Assembly: GCA_964576435.1 (NCBI GenBank)
Contig: CAZNUP010000001.1
Coordinates: 294,795 to 358,794, forward strand
From: an uncultured Gammaproteobacteria bacterium
Lineage (GTDB): Bacteria; Patescibacteriota; Microgenomatia; JAMCZE01
Direction: 5' to 3'
Length of the DNA stretch: 64,000 nucleotides
Shown: in pieces, positions 20,175 through 29,566 of the stretch
Layout of the letters: every line of letters starts with the position of its first letter
Numbering within the stretch: position 1 is the stretch's first letter
Program-made: the position numbers and the translations under genes
The notes under the pieces: model-generated
The model's input: only the letters and a program-made list of their open reading frames with translations
Database searches by the model: none
What the model was told of the DNA's origin: nothing

Positions 20175-20963
20175 ATGAAACGTTACATTAAACTACCATT
20201 TCTTATAGCAAAAGCCTGTTTAATTAGAATACTAGAGTTTAGGTCTGAGACTATTTCTTGGTCTTTTTTTGGACTTCTGTGGGCATTAATGATGTTAGTT
20301 TTTGTAAATGTTATTTTTAGCCAAGTTTCTGAAATCGGCGGATGGTCAAAAGGAGAGGTTTTAGTTTTGTTCACGGTTCAAGAAATTTTTATTGGTGTTA
20401 TGTGGGCATTTCTCATTCCGGGAATTATCGATTTTTCTAGAGCTGTAAGAAAAGGGGATTTAGATTTCTTATTTCTAAAGCCAATGCCAGCCCGTTTTTT
20501 AGTAACTTTTCAACGGTTTGAATTCGATCAATATTTTAGGATAGCAGTTTTAATATTTCTTTTGGGAGTTTTCTTAAACAATTTGGGAATAAATCTAAGT
20601 GTTATTAGCTTAACAAGTTTTCTCGTGCTGTTTCTTATGGGCATTATAATTTTTTATTCGCTATTTTTTTCAGTTTCAATTATCAGTTTTTGGTTTATTA
20701 ATCTGTTTAACTTGGAGGATCTTTTTGATAGTGTGTTGAATGTCGGAAAATATCCTTATTCTATTTTTCAAGGTGGTGCCAAATTTATTTTTTTGTATGT
20801 AATCCCAATTGGATTCATTTCCGCATTTCCCACTCAAGCACTGCTTGGTAATAGTATGTCACTCGCGATTCCAATTGCATTGATATTGACAATAGTTACC
20901 TTTTCTTTTTCTCAGCTTTTTTGGAGTTTTGCTCTTAAAAGGTATTCTTCCGCAAGCTCTTAA
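20175..20963 (+). CDS. ABC-2 family permease, pair 1 subunit B
   Basis: IGGWS, VRKGDLDFLFLKP, KYP..IF; ends YSSASS. Confidence 0.88.
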   Translation: MKRYIKLPFLIAKACLIRILEFRSETISWSFFGLLWALMMLVFVNVIFSQVSEIGGWSKGEVLVLFTVQEIFIGVMWAFLIPGIIDFSRAVRKGDLDFLFLKPMPARFLVTFQRFEFDQYFRIAVLIFLLGVFLNNLGINLSVISLTSFLVLFLMGIIIFYSLFFSVSIISFWFINLFNLEDLFDSVLNVGKYPYSIFQGGAKFIFLYVIPIGFISAFPTQALLGNSMSLAIPIALILTIVTFSFSQLFWSFALKRYSSASS

Positions 20964-20984
20964 CTCCGGTGCTAAAATAAGCTT

Positions 20985-21779
20985 ATGAATAAATATTGGG
21001 CTCTATTTAAAGCCGGCTCAATGCGCATGATTAGCTATAAAGGCCCTACCATAATTTGGGCTATATGTAGTTTGATCTCACTTGTTACTGTAGTTGCGCT
21101 TTGGCTCTCGGTAAGCTCAGGACCACTTCTGGCGGGGTATACAAAGGATCAATTGATAACCTATGCCATAGTAGGTGTTATTGCTTCGGCAATTATCAAT
21201 TTCAATCCTTTCCCTGGTGCTAAACGACAAATAAAAGATGGTTCATTCGCAACTAGTGTAATGTTAAAGCCACTCTCTTTTTATAAGGAACGTTTTGTTT
21301 GGGAAAGCACTTGGCGGATATACTTTACAGCCTTTAATCTTATAACTTTCATAGCAGCCTGCATTGTATTTGCCCAATTTCTATCCTTCTCTATGGAAAT
21401 ATTAAATTTGCCATTTTTATTAGTAACAGTGGGAGGGGCAATTGTTTTGCAGTTTACTCTTAGTATGTGTCTTGCGCTTTTAGCTTTTTGGTTTACAGAA
21501 GTCGACTCATTAAATTCTTTAAAATGGATAGCACTTGCTATTCTAGGGGGAACAGCACTGCCGATAAGTTTTATTCCCGGACTTTTCCAGGTACTTGTGC
21601 GCTTGTTGCCATTTAGATATATGTATTCGCTTCCGATGGAAATATTTTTTAACAAGCTATCGACACAAGAAATAATTTTTGGAATTTTTATCCAAGTTAT
21701 ATGGTTAGGAATCTTTCTTCTAATTTATAAAAATCTTTACAACAATGGCATTAAAAAATATGTTTCAGTTGGTCAATAA
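20985..21779 (+). CDS. ABC-2 family permease, pair 2 subunit A
   Basis: AGYTKDQLITY, IKDGSF..LKP, LAFWFTE, LPF. Confidence 0.88.
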   Translation: MNKYWALFKAGSMRMISYKGPTIIWAICSLISLVTVVALWLSVSSGPLLAGYTKDQLITYAIVGVIASAIINFNPFPGAKRQIKDGSFATSVMLKPLSFYKERFVWESTWRIYFTAFNLITFIAACIVFAQFLSFSMEILNLPFLLVTVGGAIVLQFTLSMCLALLAFWFTEVDSLNSLKWIALAILGGTALPISFIPGLFQVLVRLLPFRYMYSLPMEIFFNKLSTQEIIFGIFIQVIWLGIFLLIYKNLYNNGIKKYVSVGQ

Positions 21780-22568
21780 ATGAAAAGATATCTATTAGTC
21801 GCCCAGCTATTTTTTAAAAACAGTCTAATGTCTCAACTTGAGTATCGTTTCGAATTCTTAAGTTGGACAATTGTAAGTGCTCTTTGGATTTTTCTAACCC
21901 TTGTGATTGTAAATTTAGTTTTTGGTCAAGTTTCTAGTGTTGCGGGCTGGACTAGAGAACAAGTTTTAATTGTTGTTGCTTTAAGCGGTATTTTTACTGG
22001 GCTTCTGTGGATGTTTATCATTCCAAGTCTGCTTGATTTATCAGAAAGTGTTAGAAAAGGAAACCTAGATTTCTATCTTACTAAGCCAATTAATGTTAGG
22101 TATCTTCTTTCTGTAAACAAATACGACATGGATAATATTTTTAGATTAATAGCCCTAACTTTATATTTGTTATTTGTAATTGGTTTAATAAATTATGACA
22201 TTCCTCCATTGTCGCTTTTAGCATTCTTTGCCCTATTTTTTATGGGTCTAATAATTTTCTACAATTTCTTTTTCATTATGGCTACCACAAGTTTTTGGTT
22301 AATTGACATAACAAATCTTGAAGATTTATATGCAAACCTTTTAAATATTGGCAGATACCCGGTTTACATCTTTGAAGGTACTCTTCGTATAGTTTTTATG
22401 GTAATTATTCCAGTTGCTTTTATAGCAACTTTCCCAACAGAGTTTTTAATTGGTAAAGGAAATTACACAACACTAATTGTTGGACTAATATTAGTTGTCG
22501 TTTCAACAATAATTTCTCAAAAGTTTTGGAACTTTGCTATTAAAAGATATTCCTCCGCAAGCTCTTAA
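21780..22568 (+). CDS. ABC-2 family permease, pair 2 subunit B
   Basis: VAGWT, VRKGNLDFYLTKP, RYP..IF; ends YSSASS. Confidence 0.88.
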   Translation: MKRYLLVAQLFFKNSLMSQLEYRFEFLSWTIVSALWIFLTLVIVNLVFGQVSSVAGWTREQVLIVVALSGIFTGLLWMFIIPSLLDLSESVRKGNLDFYLTKPINVRYLLSVNKYDMDNIFRLIALTLYLLFVIGLINYDIPPLSLLAFFALFFMGLIIFYNFFFIMATTSFWLIDITNLEDLYANLLNIGRYPVYIFEGTLRIVFMVIIPVAFIATFPTEFLIGKGNYTTLIVGLILVVVSTIISQKFWNFAIKRYSSASS

Positions 22569-22606
22569 GGGTTGATTTAGTTCAAAAAAGGAGGATAATT
22601 TAAGAT

Positions 22607-23599
22607 ATGTCCATAATTTCCGTCAAACACCTCTCCAAATATTACCAGGTTCATCAAAAGGAACCCGGACTTGGCGGATCTGTTAAAAGTCTTTTCAATA
22701 GAAAATACTATGATGTCAAAGCTGTTGATGATGTTTCCTTTGACATTGAAGAAGGAGAATTGATTGGTTTTATTGGTCCAAACGGAGCAGGGAAAACGAC
22801 AACATTAAAAACACTTTCCGGCCTTCTCTATCCAACTAAAGGTGAAGTTAGCGTCATGGGCTACACTCCCTGGAAAAGAGAACCTGAATTTCAAAAACAA
22901 TTCGCTCTAGTCATGGGGCAGAAAAATCAACTTTGGTGGGACCTTCCAGCAATTGAAAGTTTTATTTTAAATAGAGAAATCTATGAAGTCCCAAAAGCTA
23001 AATATGATGAAACTTTGGAAGAGTTGTCAACACTTCTAGATGTTAAAAATCTTTTGAAAGTCCAGGTGCGAAAACTTTCGCTTGGAGAACGTATGAAGAT
23101 GGAACTCATTGCTGCATTAATTCATTCGCCAAAAGTTCTCTTTCTAGATGAACCAACAATTGGGCTTGACGTAGTTGCTCAAAAGAAAATGCGCGACTTC
23201 ATTAAAGCCTACAATCAAAAATACAAATCAACAATTATTCTTACAAGTCATTACATGGATGATGTCAAAGAATTATGTAAAAGAGTAGTCATCATTGATA
23301 AAGGTAAAAAACTTTTTGATGGTGATTTGGATGACATCATTAGAAAGTATGCTGATCACAAGTTGCTATCCGTTGTTCTAGACAAAGAACTTTCTCCAAA
23401 ACAACTCGAGAGCTTGAAAAAACTTGGCGGCGTTAAAGAATATGTATTTCCAAAACTTGTTCTAATGGTCCCAAGAGAAAATTCCAATAAAGTTGCTTCA
23501 AAACTATTATCAACCTACCCAGTCGCCGATTTAAATATTGAAGAATCGTCACTTGAAGACATTATTAGAGAAGTCTTCACTGGTAAGGATGTTTCCTAA
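22607..23599 (+). CDS. ABC transporter ATP-binding protein
   Basis: Walker A GPNGAGKTT, signature LSLGE, Walker B LFLDEPT, H-loop TSH. Confidence 0.95.
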   Translation: MSIISVKHLSKYYQVHQKEPGLGGSVKSLFNRKYYDVKAVDDVSFDIEEGELIGFIGPNGAGKTTTLKTLSGLLYPTKGEVSVMGYTPWKREPEFQKQFALVMGQKNQLWWDLPAIESFILNREIYEVPKAKYDETLEELSTLLDVKNLLKVQVRKLSLGERMKMELIAALIHSPKVLFLDEPTIGLDVVAQKKMRDFIKAYNQKYKSTIILTSHYMDDVKELCKRVVIIDKGKKLFDGDLDDIIRKYADHKLLSVVLDKELSPKQLESLKKLGGVKEYVFPKLVLMVPRENSNKVASKLLSTYPVADLNIEESSLEDIIREVFTGKDVS

Positions 23600-24441
23600 T
23601 GACAATTCCAGTTGATTTCCCAAAATATTGGCAAGATTACAAACTTCTCGACTCTGGAAGTGGTCAAAAATTTGAATCATTTTCTGGCTTCACAACTGTT
23701 CGTCCAGACCCAAGGGCTGTTTGGCTACCAAGACTTTCAAATTGGCAAGCAGATGCCACATTTGATAGAAACTCAAAAGATGGTAAATGGGTTTATAAGA
23801 AAAAACCCCCCGAAAATTGGCAAGTAAAATACAAAGACTTAGTCTTCAAATTAAAACCCACTGATTTTCGCCATGTGGGCATTTTTCCAGAACAAGCTGT
23901 AAATTGGGATTTTTTAAATTCGACAATTAACGGTCAAAACATTAAAGTCTTAAATCTTTTTGCTTATACAGGTGCGGCAACTGTAGCTGCATCCAAAGCA
24001 GGAGCGAAAGTAACTCATGTTGACTCATCAAAAGGAATCATTTCTTGGGCAAAAGAAAATGCAAGCCTCTCCAAATTGCCGAGTGATGCAATTCGATGGA
24101 TTGAAGATGATGCTTATAAATTTGTAGAGCGCGAACAAAGGCGTGGTTCAAAATATGATGGCATAATTTTAGATCCGCCTCGTTTTGGCCACGGAACAAG
24201 GGGAGAAGTTTGGAAACTTCAAGATGATTTAGCAAAACTACTTATGTCTGTTAAAACTATTCTTTCTGATAACTCTAAATTTGTTTTGCTAAGTGTTTAT
24301 ACGGCCGATCTTTCTAGTATTGCTGTAAGTCAGCTAATGACAGATGTATTTAAAAGAAAAACAGAATTCTTAGAACTTGCCATTAAAGAAGACAGCTCCG
24401 ATAGGTTACTTCCAAACGGAATTGTATGCAGAAGTATTTAA
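23599..24441 (+). CDS. class I SAM-dependent methyltransferase (RlmI/RlmK-like)
   Basis: HVGIFPEQ, VLNLFAYTG, HVDSS, IILDPP. Confidence 0.85.
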   Translation: MTIPVDFPKYWQDYKLLDSGSGQKFESFSGFTTVRPDPRAVWLPRLSNWQADATFDRNSKDGKWVYKKKPPENWQVKYKDLVFKLKPTDFRHVGIFPEQAVNWDFLNSTINGQNIKVLNLFAYTGAATVAASKAGAKVTHVDSSKGIISWAKENASLSKLPSDAIRWIEDDAYKFVEREQRRGSKYDGIILDPPRFGHGTRGEVWKLQDDLAKLLMSVKTILSDNSKFVLLSVYTADLSSIAVSQLMTDVFKRKTEFLELAIKEDSSDRLLPNGIVCRSI

Positions 24442-25223
24442 CAGTTTTCAGTGTTTCTTGGCAAAATGGTTTTGTTTACAGATTAAACTTTGTTCTTTGG
24501 CGTCTTCGCATAGTCATTTCCATTTTAATTGTCTACTATTTGTGGACTGCTTTATACCAAACCAATCAAGTCCTTTTTGGTTACACAAAAGAACAAATGC
24601 TTTCCTATGTATTTTTAACTCTCATTTTAAGATCCATTGTTTTAAGTTTGAAAAGTTTTGATATAGCCGGGGAAATCGAAGATGGGAAGCTTTCTAATTA
24701 TCTTCTAAAGCCAGTCCGTTACCATTTGTATTGGTTTAGTGTAGATATGTCAGATAAGCTCTTAAATATTATTTTTTCAATATTTGAAGTAACAATTTTA
24801 TATTTAATACTAAGACCCCCTCTTTTCCTTCAAACAAACCCAGAAATCTTACTCATATTTGGACTAGCTTTAGTTCTTGCGGTTCTATTATATTTTTTTA
24901 TGGGTAATATTGCCTCTAATCTAGCCTTTTGGATGCCAGGGAATGCTTGGGGATTTTGGTTTATTTTAATTTCAGTTGTAGAACTTCTTGGTGGTTTGCT
25001 ATTTCCTCTAGATATTCTCCCAGAGCAGCTTTATCAAATATTAATGCTTCTGCCATTTCCATATTTAATATATTTCCCGGCAAATGTTTATTTGGGAGTT
25101 TTCTCACAGACGCAAATAACGACCGGTTTAGCTGTTACCGTCTTTTGGATCGTTGCACTATTTGTAGCAACAAGGGTTGAATGGAAAAAGGGATTACTTA
25201 TGTACGAAGCACAAGGAAGATGA
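24426..25223 (+). CDS. ABC-2 family permease, pair 3 subunit A
   Basis: FGYTKEQMLSY, EIEDGKLSNYLLKP, LAFW, FPLDILP. Confidence 0.88.
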   Translation: MQKYLTVFSVSWQNGFVYRLNFVLWRLRIVISILIVYYLWTALYQTNQVLFGYTKEQMLSYVFLTLILRSIVLSLKSFDIAGEIEDGKLSNYLLKPVRYHLYWFSVDMSDKLLNIIFSIFEVTILYLILRPPLFLQTNPEILLIFGLALVLAVLLYFFMGNIASNLAFWMPGNAWGFWFILISVVELLGGLLFPLDILPEQLYQILMLLPFPYLIYFPANVYLGVFSQTQITTGLAVTVFWIVALFVATRVEWKKGLLMYEAQGR

Positions 25224-25999
25224 CTAAATATTTCACAGTTTGGAAAACAATGACAGTGGGTTCAATCCAAGAGGTCATTAGTTCTCAATTTGGCTGGGCA
25301 CTATTTGTGATCGGAAAACTTCTGCGCTTTTTTATATTTCTAGCATTCCTATTTTTTTTAATGTCAGGAGTTAACTCCCTTATTGGATACACAAAAGACC
25401 AAGTACTTCTTTTCTATTTAACTTTTGCAGTAATTGGTGGAATTGCTCAAATGTTCTTTAGAGAAGCATATAGATTTCGTCAAAGAGTAGTTTCTGGTGA
25501 TTTTGATTTTGATCTCACAAAGCCAATCCATCCACTTGTTAGAAATCTAACTGGGGGATTCGATGCCCTCGATTTAATTACCTTGCCAATTTACTTTTAT
25601 TTTCTAATTATGGCTATAAACGCTGTTGGCTTTACTCCACAAGGATTAGGTCTCTATATTCTGTTAGCAGTTAACGGATTTCTAATAATTACAGCAATGC
25701 ATGTTTTGATTTTGTCATTTGGAATCGTTACTTCAGAAGTCGATCATGCCGTTTTAATTTATAGGGACTTAGAAAATATGGCTAGGTTTCCCATAAATAT
25801 TTATGGTCAACCTCTCCAAGGAATCTTAACTTTCATAATTCCACTTGGAATAATTTTTACAATTCCAGCACAAGCTTTAATGGGTCTTTTGTCCTGGCAA
25901 ATGGTCATGGTCTCATTTTTATTAGGCGCCTTTTTCTTATGGGTATCATTCAAAACCTGGAATAACGCAGTCAAAAAATATTCTTCAGCAAGTAGTTAA
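25220..25999 (+). CDS. ABC-2 family permease, pair 3 subunit B
   Basis: ATGA overlap with the previous stop; VVSGDFDFDLTKP, RFP.NIY; ends YSSASS. Confidence 0.88.
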   Translation: MTKYFTVWKTMTVGSIQEVISSQFGWALFVIGKLLRFFIFLAFLFFLMSGVNSLIGYTKDQVLLFYLTFAVIGGIAQMFFREAYRFRQRVVSGDFDFDLTKPIHPLVRNLTGGFDALDLITLPIYFYFLIMAINAVGFTPQGLGLYILLAVNGFLIITAMHVLILSFGIVTSEVDHAVLIYRDLENMARFPINIYGQPLQGILTFIIPLGIIFTIPAQALMGLLSWQMVMVSFLLGAFFLWVSFKTWNNAVKKYSSASS

Positions 26000-26824
26000 A
26001 TGTCTAAAATTCTTATTATTCTGGGACCCACTGCAACAGGGAAAACTAAGTTAGCCGTACATCTTGCCAAAGAAAATAATGGCGAAATAATTTCTGCAGA
26101 TTCAAGACAAGTTTACAAAGGAATGGATATAGTAACTGGAAAAGATAAAAACGAATACGGGAATGTTCCAGTTTGGGGTTTAGATCTTGTCGATCCCGAC
26201 TACATCTTTAATGTCTCAGACTTTATTAAATTTGCCTCTCAAAAAATTGAAGATATTGAGAGTCGTGGAAAATTGCCAATCATAGTTGGCGGAACAGCTC
26301 TTTATATTAAATCTCTTTTAGAACCTCCTGAGACATTAAATATTCCACAAGACTCAAAGTTGCGCGCTGAGCTAGAAAATTTAACGGTTGAGCAGCTGCA
26401 AGAAAGGTTGGGAGAAAATAATTTAAATGAAAGTGACTTTAAAAATCCACGCCGTTTGATACGGGCAATTGAAACAAAAGGAAAAAAGTCACAAACAAAA
26501 AAACCAGAATATGACTATAAAATCATAAATCTAGTAGCTCCCTTAGATTTTATTTATGAAAAGATTAACAAACGAGTCGACGAAAGGCTGACTGCTGGAG
26601 CAAAACGGGAACTCGAATCACTTTTATCTCAAGGATATTCTTTTGATTTACCAAGTATGACTAGTCTTGGCTATAAAGACATAGACAGTCCAGATCTTTG
26701 GAAATTACATGAAAGACAGTATGCTAAACGCCAGGTAACATTTATCAAGAAATTTTTAACTGGTCGCAAGGTGATAGAATTAGATGTAACAAATGACTCA
26801 CAAAAAAGTTCCTTTAGCCTCTGA
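26000..26824 (+). CDS. miaA: tRNA dimethylallyltransferase
   Basis: GPTATGKT, SADSRQVY.GMDI.TGK, VGGT.LY, YAKRQ.T. Confidence 0.95.
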   Translation: MSKILIILGPTATGKTKLAVHLAKENNGEIISADSRQVYKGMDIVTGKDKNEYGNVPVWGLDLVDPDYIFNVSDFIKFASQKIEDIESRGKLPIIVGGTALYIKSLLEPPETLNIPQDSKLRAELENLTVEQLQERLGENNLNESDFKNPRRLIRAIETKGKKSQTKKPEYDYKIINLVAPLDFIYEKINKRVDERLTAGAKRELESLLSQGYSFDLPSMTSLGYKDIDSPDLWKLHERQYAKRQVTFIKKFLTGRKVIELDVTNDSQKSSFSL

Positions 26825-27395
26825 TCAAGAAAAGAAAAAACACGCTGACTATTTAGCTGATGGGGAAGAGGTAGTTGCAGTTTTTGGAATTGGAGAAAAA
26901 TACTTTTGGTATACATTTTTTTCGTACATAATTATTGTTATTTTCCTCTTAGGCTACCCACTTCTTTTAAGAGCCATTCCAGGTCTTGAATGGATCAATG
27001 ACTATGGCTATTGGATCTTCCTTCCGGGAGTTCTTGTTGCTATAGGTGGCTTTCCATTTGTTTTAAAGCTAATACATCTAAAACACAGTATTACCTATAT
27101 TTTGACCGACCGTAGAGTATTAATTAAGGATGGCATTTTGTCAGTCAAGTGGACGTCAGCTCCCTACGACAAAATCACCCATTTAACGGTCAAAGAAGAT
27201 TTCATCAAAAAAGTAAGCTATAACATAGGGGATATCACTATCCACACGGCTGGCCCAACACCTATTGAAACCGACTTAATTAAAATTCAACATCCCGTTA
27301 AAGTCAAAAATCTTCTCGAAGAACTAATCGTCAAAGAAAGATCGCTTCTTGGGGTTTCCATAGACGACGAACCCCTAATTAAGCCCTTGCGTTAA
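26793..27395 (+). CDS. membrane protein with bacterial PH domain (bPH_2-like)
   Basis: Two TM helices, then YILTDRRVLIKDG...GDITIHTAG. Confidence 0.78.
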   Translation: MTHKKVPLASDQEKKKHADYLADGEEVVAVFGIGEKYFWYTFFSYIIIVIFLLGYPLLLRAIPGLEWINDYGYWIFLPGVLVAIGGFPFVLKLIHLKHSITYILTDRRVLIKDGILSVKWTSAPYDKITHLTVKEDFIKKVSYNIGDITIHTAGPTPIETDLIKIQHPVKVKNLLEELIVKERSLLGVSIDDEPLIKPLR

Positions 27396-27420
27396 CAGCT
27401 CGAATAGGTACAATAATTAT

Positions 27421-27801
27421 ATGTCTAAGATTCTTCTTGTTGATGACGACCAAAACCTGCGCCAGCTCTATAATGTCGAGTTATCAAAAAACCACCAAGT
27501 TGTAGAAGCAACTGATGGTGAAGATGGGCTAGTTAAAGCCAAATCTGAAAAACCAGATCTAATTTTATTAGATGTGATGATGCCCAAACTCGATGGGATT
27601 GCCTATTTAACTAAAATCAAAGAAGATCCAGACCTAGGAAAAATCCCAATCATCATGCTCACTAACTTTGGTCAAGAGAACTTAATTCAGCAGGCTTTTA
27701 ATCTGGGAATTAATGATTATCTTTTAAAATATAAAGTTACACCAGAAGAAATGTCTCAAAAAGTGACTCAAGTTTTAAGTTCAGCAAGCGTACAGCTTTA
27801 A
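27421..27801 (+). CDS. single-domain response regulator (receiver only)
   Basis: ILLVDDD, LILLDVMMP..DG, MLTN, YLLK. Confidence 0.93.
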   Translation: MSKILLVDDDQNLRQLYNVELSKNHQVVEATDGEDGLVKAKSEKPDLILLDVMMPKLDGIAYLTKIKEDPDLGKIPIIMLTNFGQENLIQQAFNLGINDYLLKYKVTPEEMSQKVTQVLSSASVQL

Positions 27802-27806
27802 ATAAT

Positions 27807-29537
27807 GTGTCTCTGCCCACAGATCCAAGCATCTATTTAACACCTTTAGCGTTAATCACGCTCCTCGTTGCACTCTTCCAAATAAGGCAAAACGACAAAG
27901 AAACAAAAAAAAGGAAGAAGGAATTAGAACAAAAAGTTTATGAGACACTTGTTCTTAGGGAAGTAGCCGAAAGAATTGGTTATGAATTAAACGTTGGGAA
28001 AATTCTAGACACCATAGTCGATTCTTTAAATAAACTTGTTCCATATTCAGTGTCTTCATATATTTTAGTCGATTCCGACAAGACAAAACTCCATCAACGT
28101 ATTCAAATTGAAGAACCTGTGGGTAAAGGATTTTTAGATACTATGACTAAGTACATGCTGGAATCACTCCACACCCTTCCAAACTTAAAAGACTACGGTG
28201 AAACTGACATAGCCAGAATGGTAACAGGAACAATTGTAAATGATGATATTAAAAACACCCCAGCTTCTTTGTGGGTTACTCCAGTGCAAATTAATAATCA
28301 TGGAATAGGAGTTTTTTGCATTGCCAGTAAAACTCCAGGTCTCTACAAAGGCACAGAAATGGACTTTTTGATTAAAATCCTAGCTCAAGCCAATCGCGCT
28401 GTAAACAATCTAGAGGCAATAATTTCCACAGAACGAGGGAAGCTTGAATCGATGGTTTCCTCAATGGCAGACGGTGTTTTAATGTTTGACTTAAATTTCA
28501 ATCTAATCTTAATTAATCCAGCAGCATCTAGCCTTCTTGGATTAACTGAAGTAAATAAACCAACAATCTTTGATATTGCCAGAGTTCTCTCTGACAAACT
28601 GGACCTTCGCGCTAAACTTGATGAATGTATTAAAGAAGATAGACTCGTAACTTTTGACAACTTAACAGTTGGTGGAAAAATCTCACAGCTTTTAATTTCC
28701 CCAGTCATGGATCATAAAGGAAAACTTTTGGGATCAGTTGTCATTTTCCACGACAAAACTGCCGAGAAACAACTTGAAACTCTAAGAGAGGACTTCACTG
28801 CCATGATGGTCCATGAACTAAGAGCCCCATTATCAGTTGTTTCGGGAACCGCTGACATGTTTATCAAAGATCCAAAACTATCTGAAACCCCACAAGGTGT
28901 CCAACTTTTAACTACCACTAAAAGTTCAGTAAATTCGATGTTAACTTTAGTCAATGATCTTCTTGATGTAGCCAAGATGGAATCTGGTAAATTCCAAATA
29001 TCTAAGTCTAAGTCAGACCTGGGAGTTGTCATAAAAGATCGAGTGGACTTTTTCGTCCACATGGCCAAGGAAAAATCTCTCACAATTGATTGTAAGGTGG
29101 ACGAGCCACTTGTGTTGAATTTTGATAAAGATAGAGTCGCTCAAGTTCTAAACAATCTCTTGTCAAATGCCATAAAATTTACTCAAAGCGGAGGATCAAT
29201 TCTTGTTCAGGCTTATAAAGTTGACTCGAAAGACGGCATAAAGTGGCAGTTTGAAGATTCCAAAGCTCACATTGATAGAATACCAATCGATAAGCCAAGC
29301 GTTATTGTCTCTGTAACTGATACGGGTCAGGGGATCGATGAAACAAAGATGTCCGAGCTTTTCTCTAAATTTAAACAGTTACACCGTGTAGAACCAGGAC
29401 CTGGAGGGATGTTTGGTACAGGGTTGGGGTTAATTATTGCGAAAGGTATTGTTGAATCTCATGGTGGTAAGATGTTTGTTGAGTCACACATAAATGAGGG
29501 CTCAACTTTTTACTTAATCCTCCCACTTGACAATTAG
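27807..29537 (+). CDS. sensor histidine kinase (TM, GAF-like, PAS, HisKA, HATPase)
   Basis: HELRAPL, NLLSNAIKFT, DTGQGI, GTGLGL; PAS-like SMADGV...NPAA. Confidence 0.93.
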   Translation: MSLPTDPSIYLTPLALITLLVALFQIRQNDKETKKRKKELEQKVYETLVLREVAERIGYELNVGKILDTIVDSLNKLVPYSVSSYILVDSDKTKLHQRIQIEEPVGKGFLDTMTKYMLESLHTLPNLKDYGETDIARMVTGTIVNDDIKNTPASLWVTPVQINNHGIGVFCIASKTPGLYKGTEMDFLIKILAQANRAVNNLEAIISTERGKLESMVSSMADGVLMFDLNFNLILINPAASSLLGLTEVNKPTIFDIARVLSDKLDLRAKLDECIKEDRLVTFDNLTVGGKISQLLISPVMDHKGKLLGSVVIFHDKTAEKQLETLREDFTAMMVHELRAPLSVVSGTADMFIKDPKLSETPQGVQLLTTTKSSVNSMLTLVNDLLDVAKMESGKFQISKSKSDLGVVIKDRVDFFVHMAKEKSLTIDCKVDEPLVLNFDKDRVAQVLNNLLSNAIKFTQSGGSILVQAYKVDSKDGIKWQFEDSKAHIDRIPIDKPSVIVSVTDTGQGIDETKMSELFSKFKQLHRVEPGPGGMFGTGLGLIIAKGIVESHGGKMFVESHINEGSTFYLILPLDN

Positions 29538-29560
29538 CAAACCTACGTGTAGACTGCTAA
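29527..29560 (+). promoter_or_regulatory. lon promoter overlapped by a CIRCE-like operator
   Basis: TTGACA 29527-29532, 17 nt, TAGACT 29550-29555; TTAGCAAAC-CTACGTGTA-GACTGCTAA at 29534-29560. Confidence 0.78.
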
Positions 29561-29566
29561 AACTTG

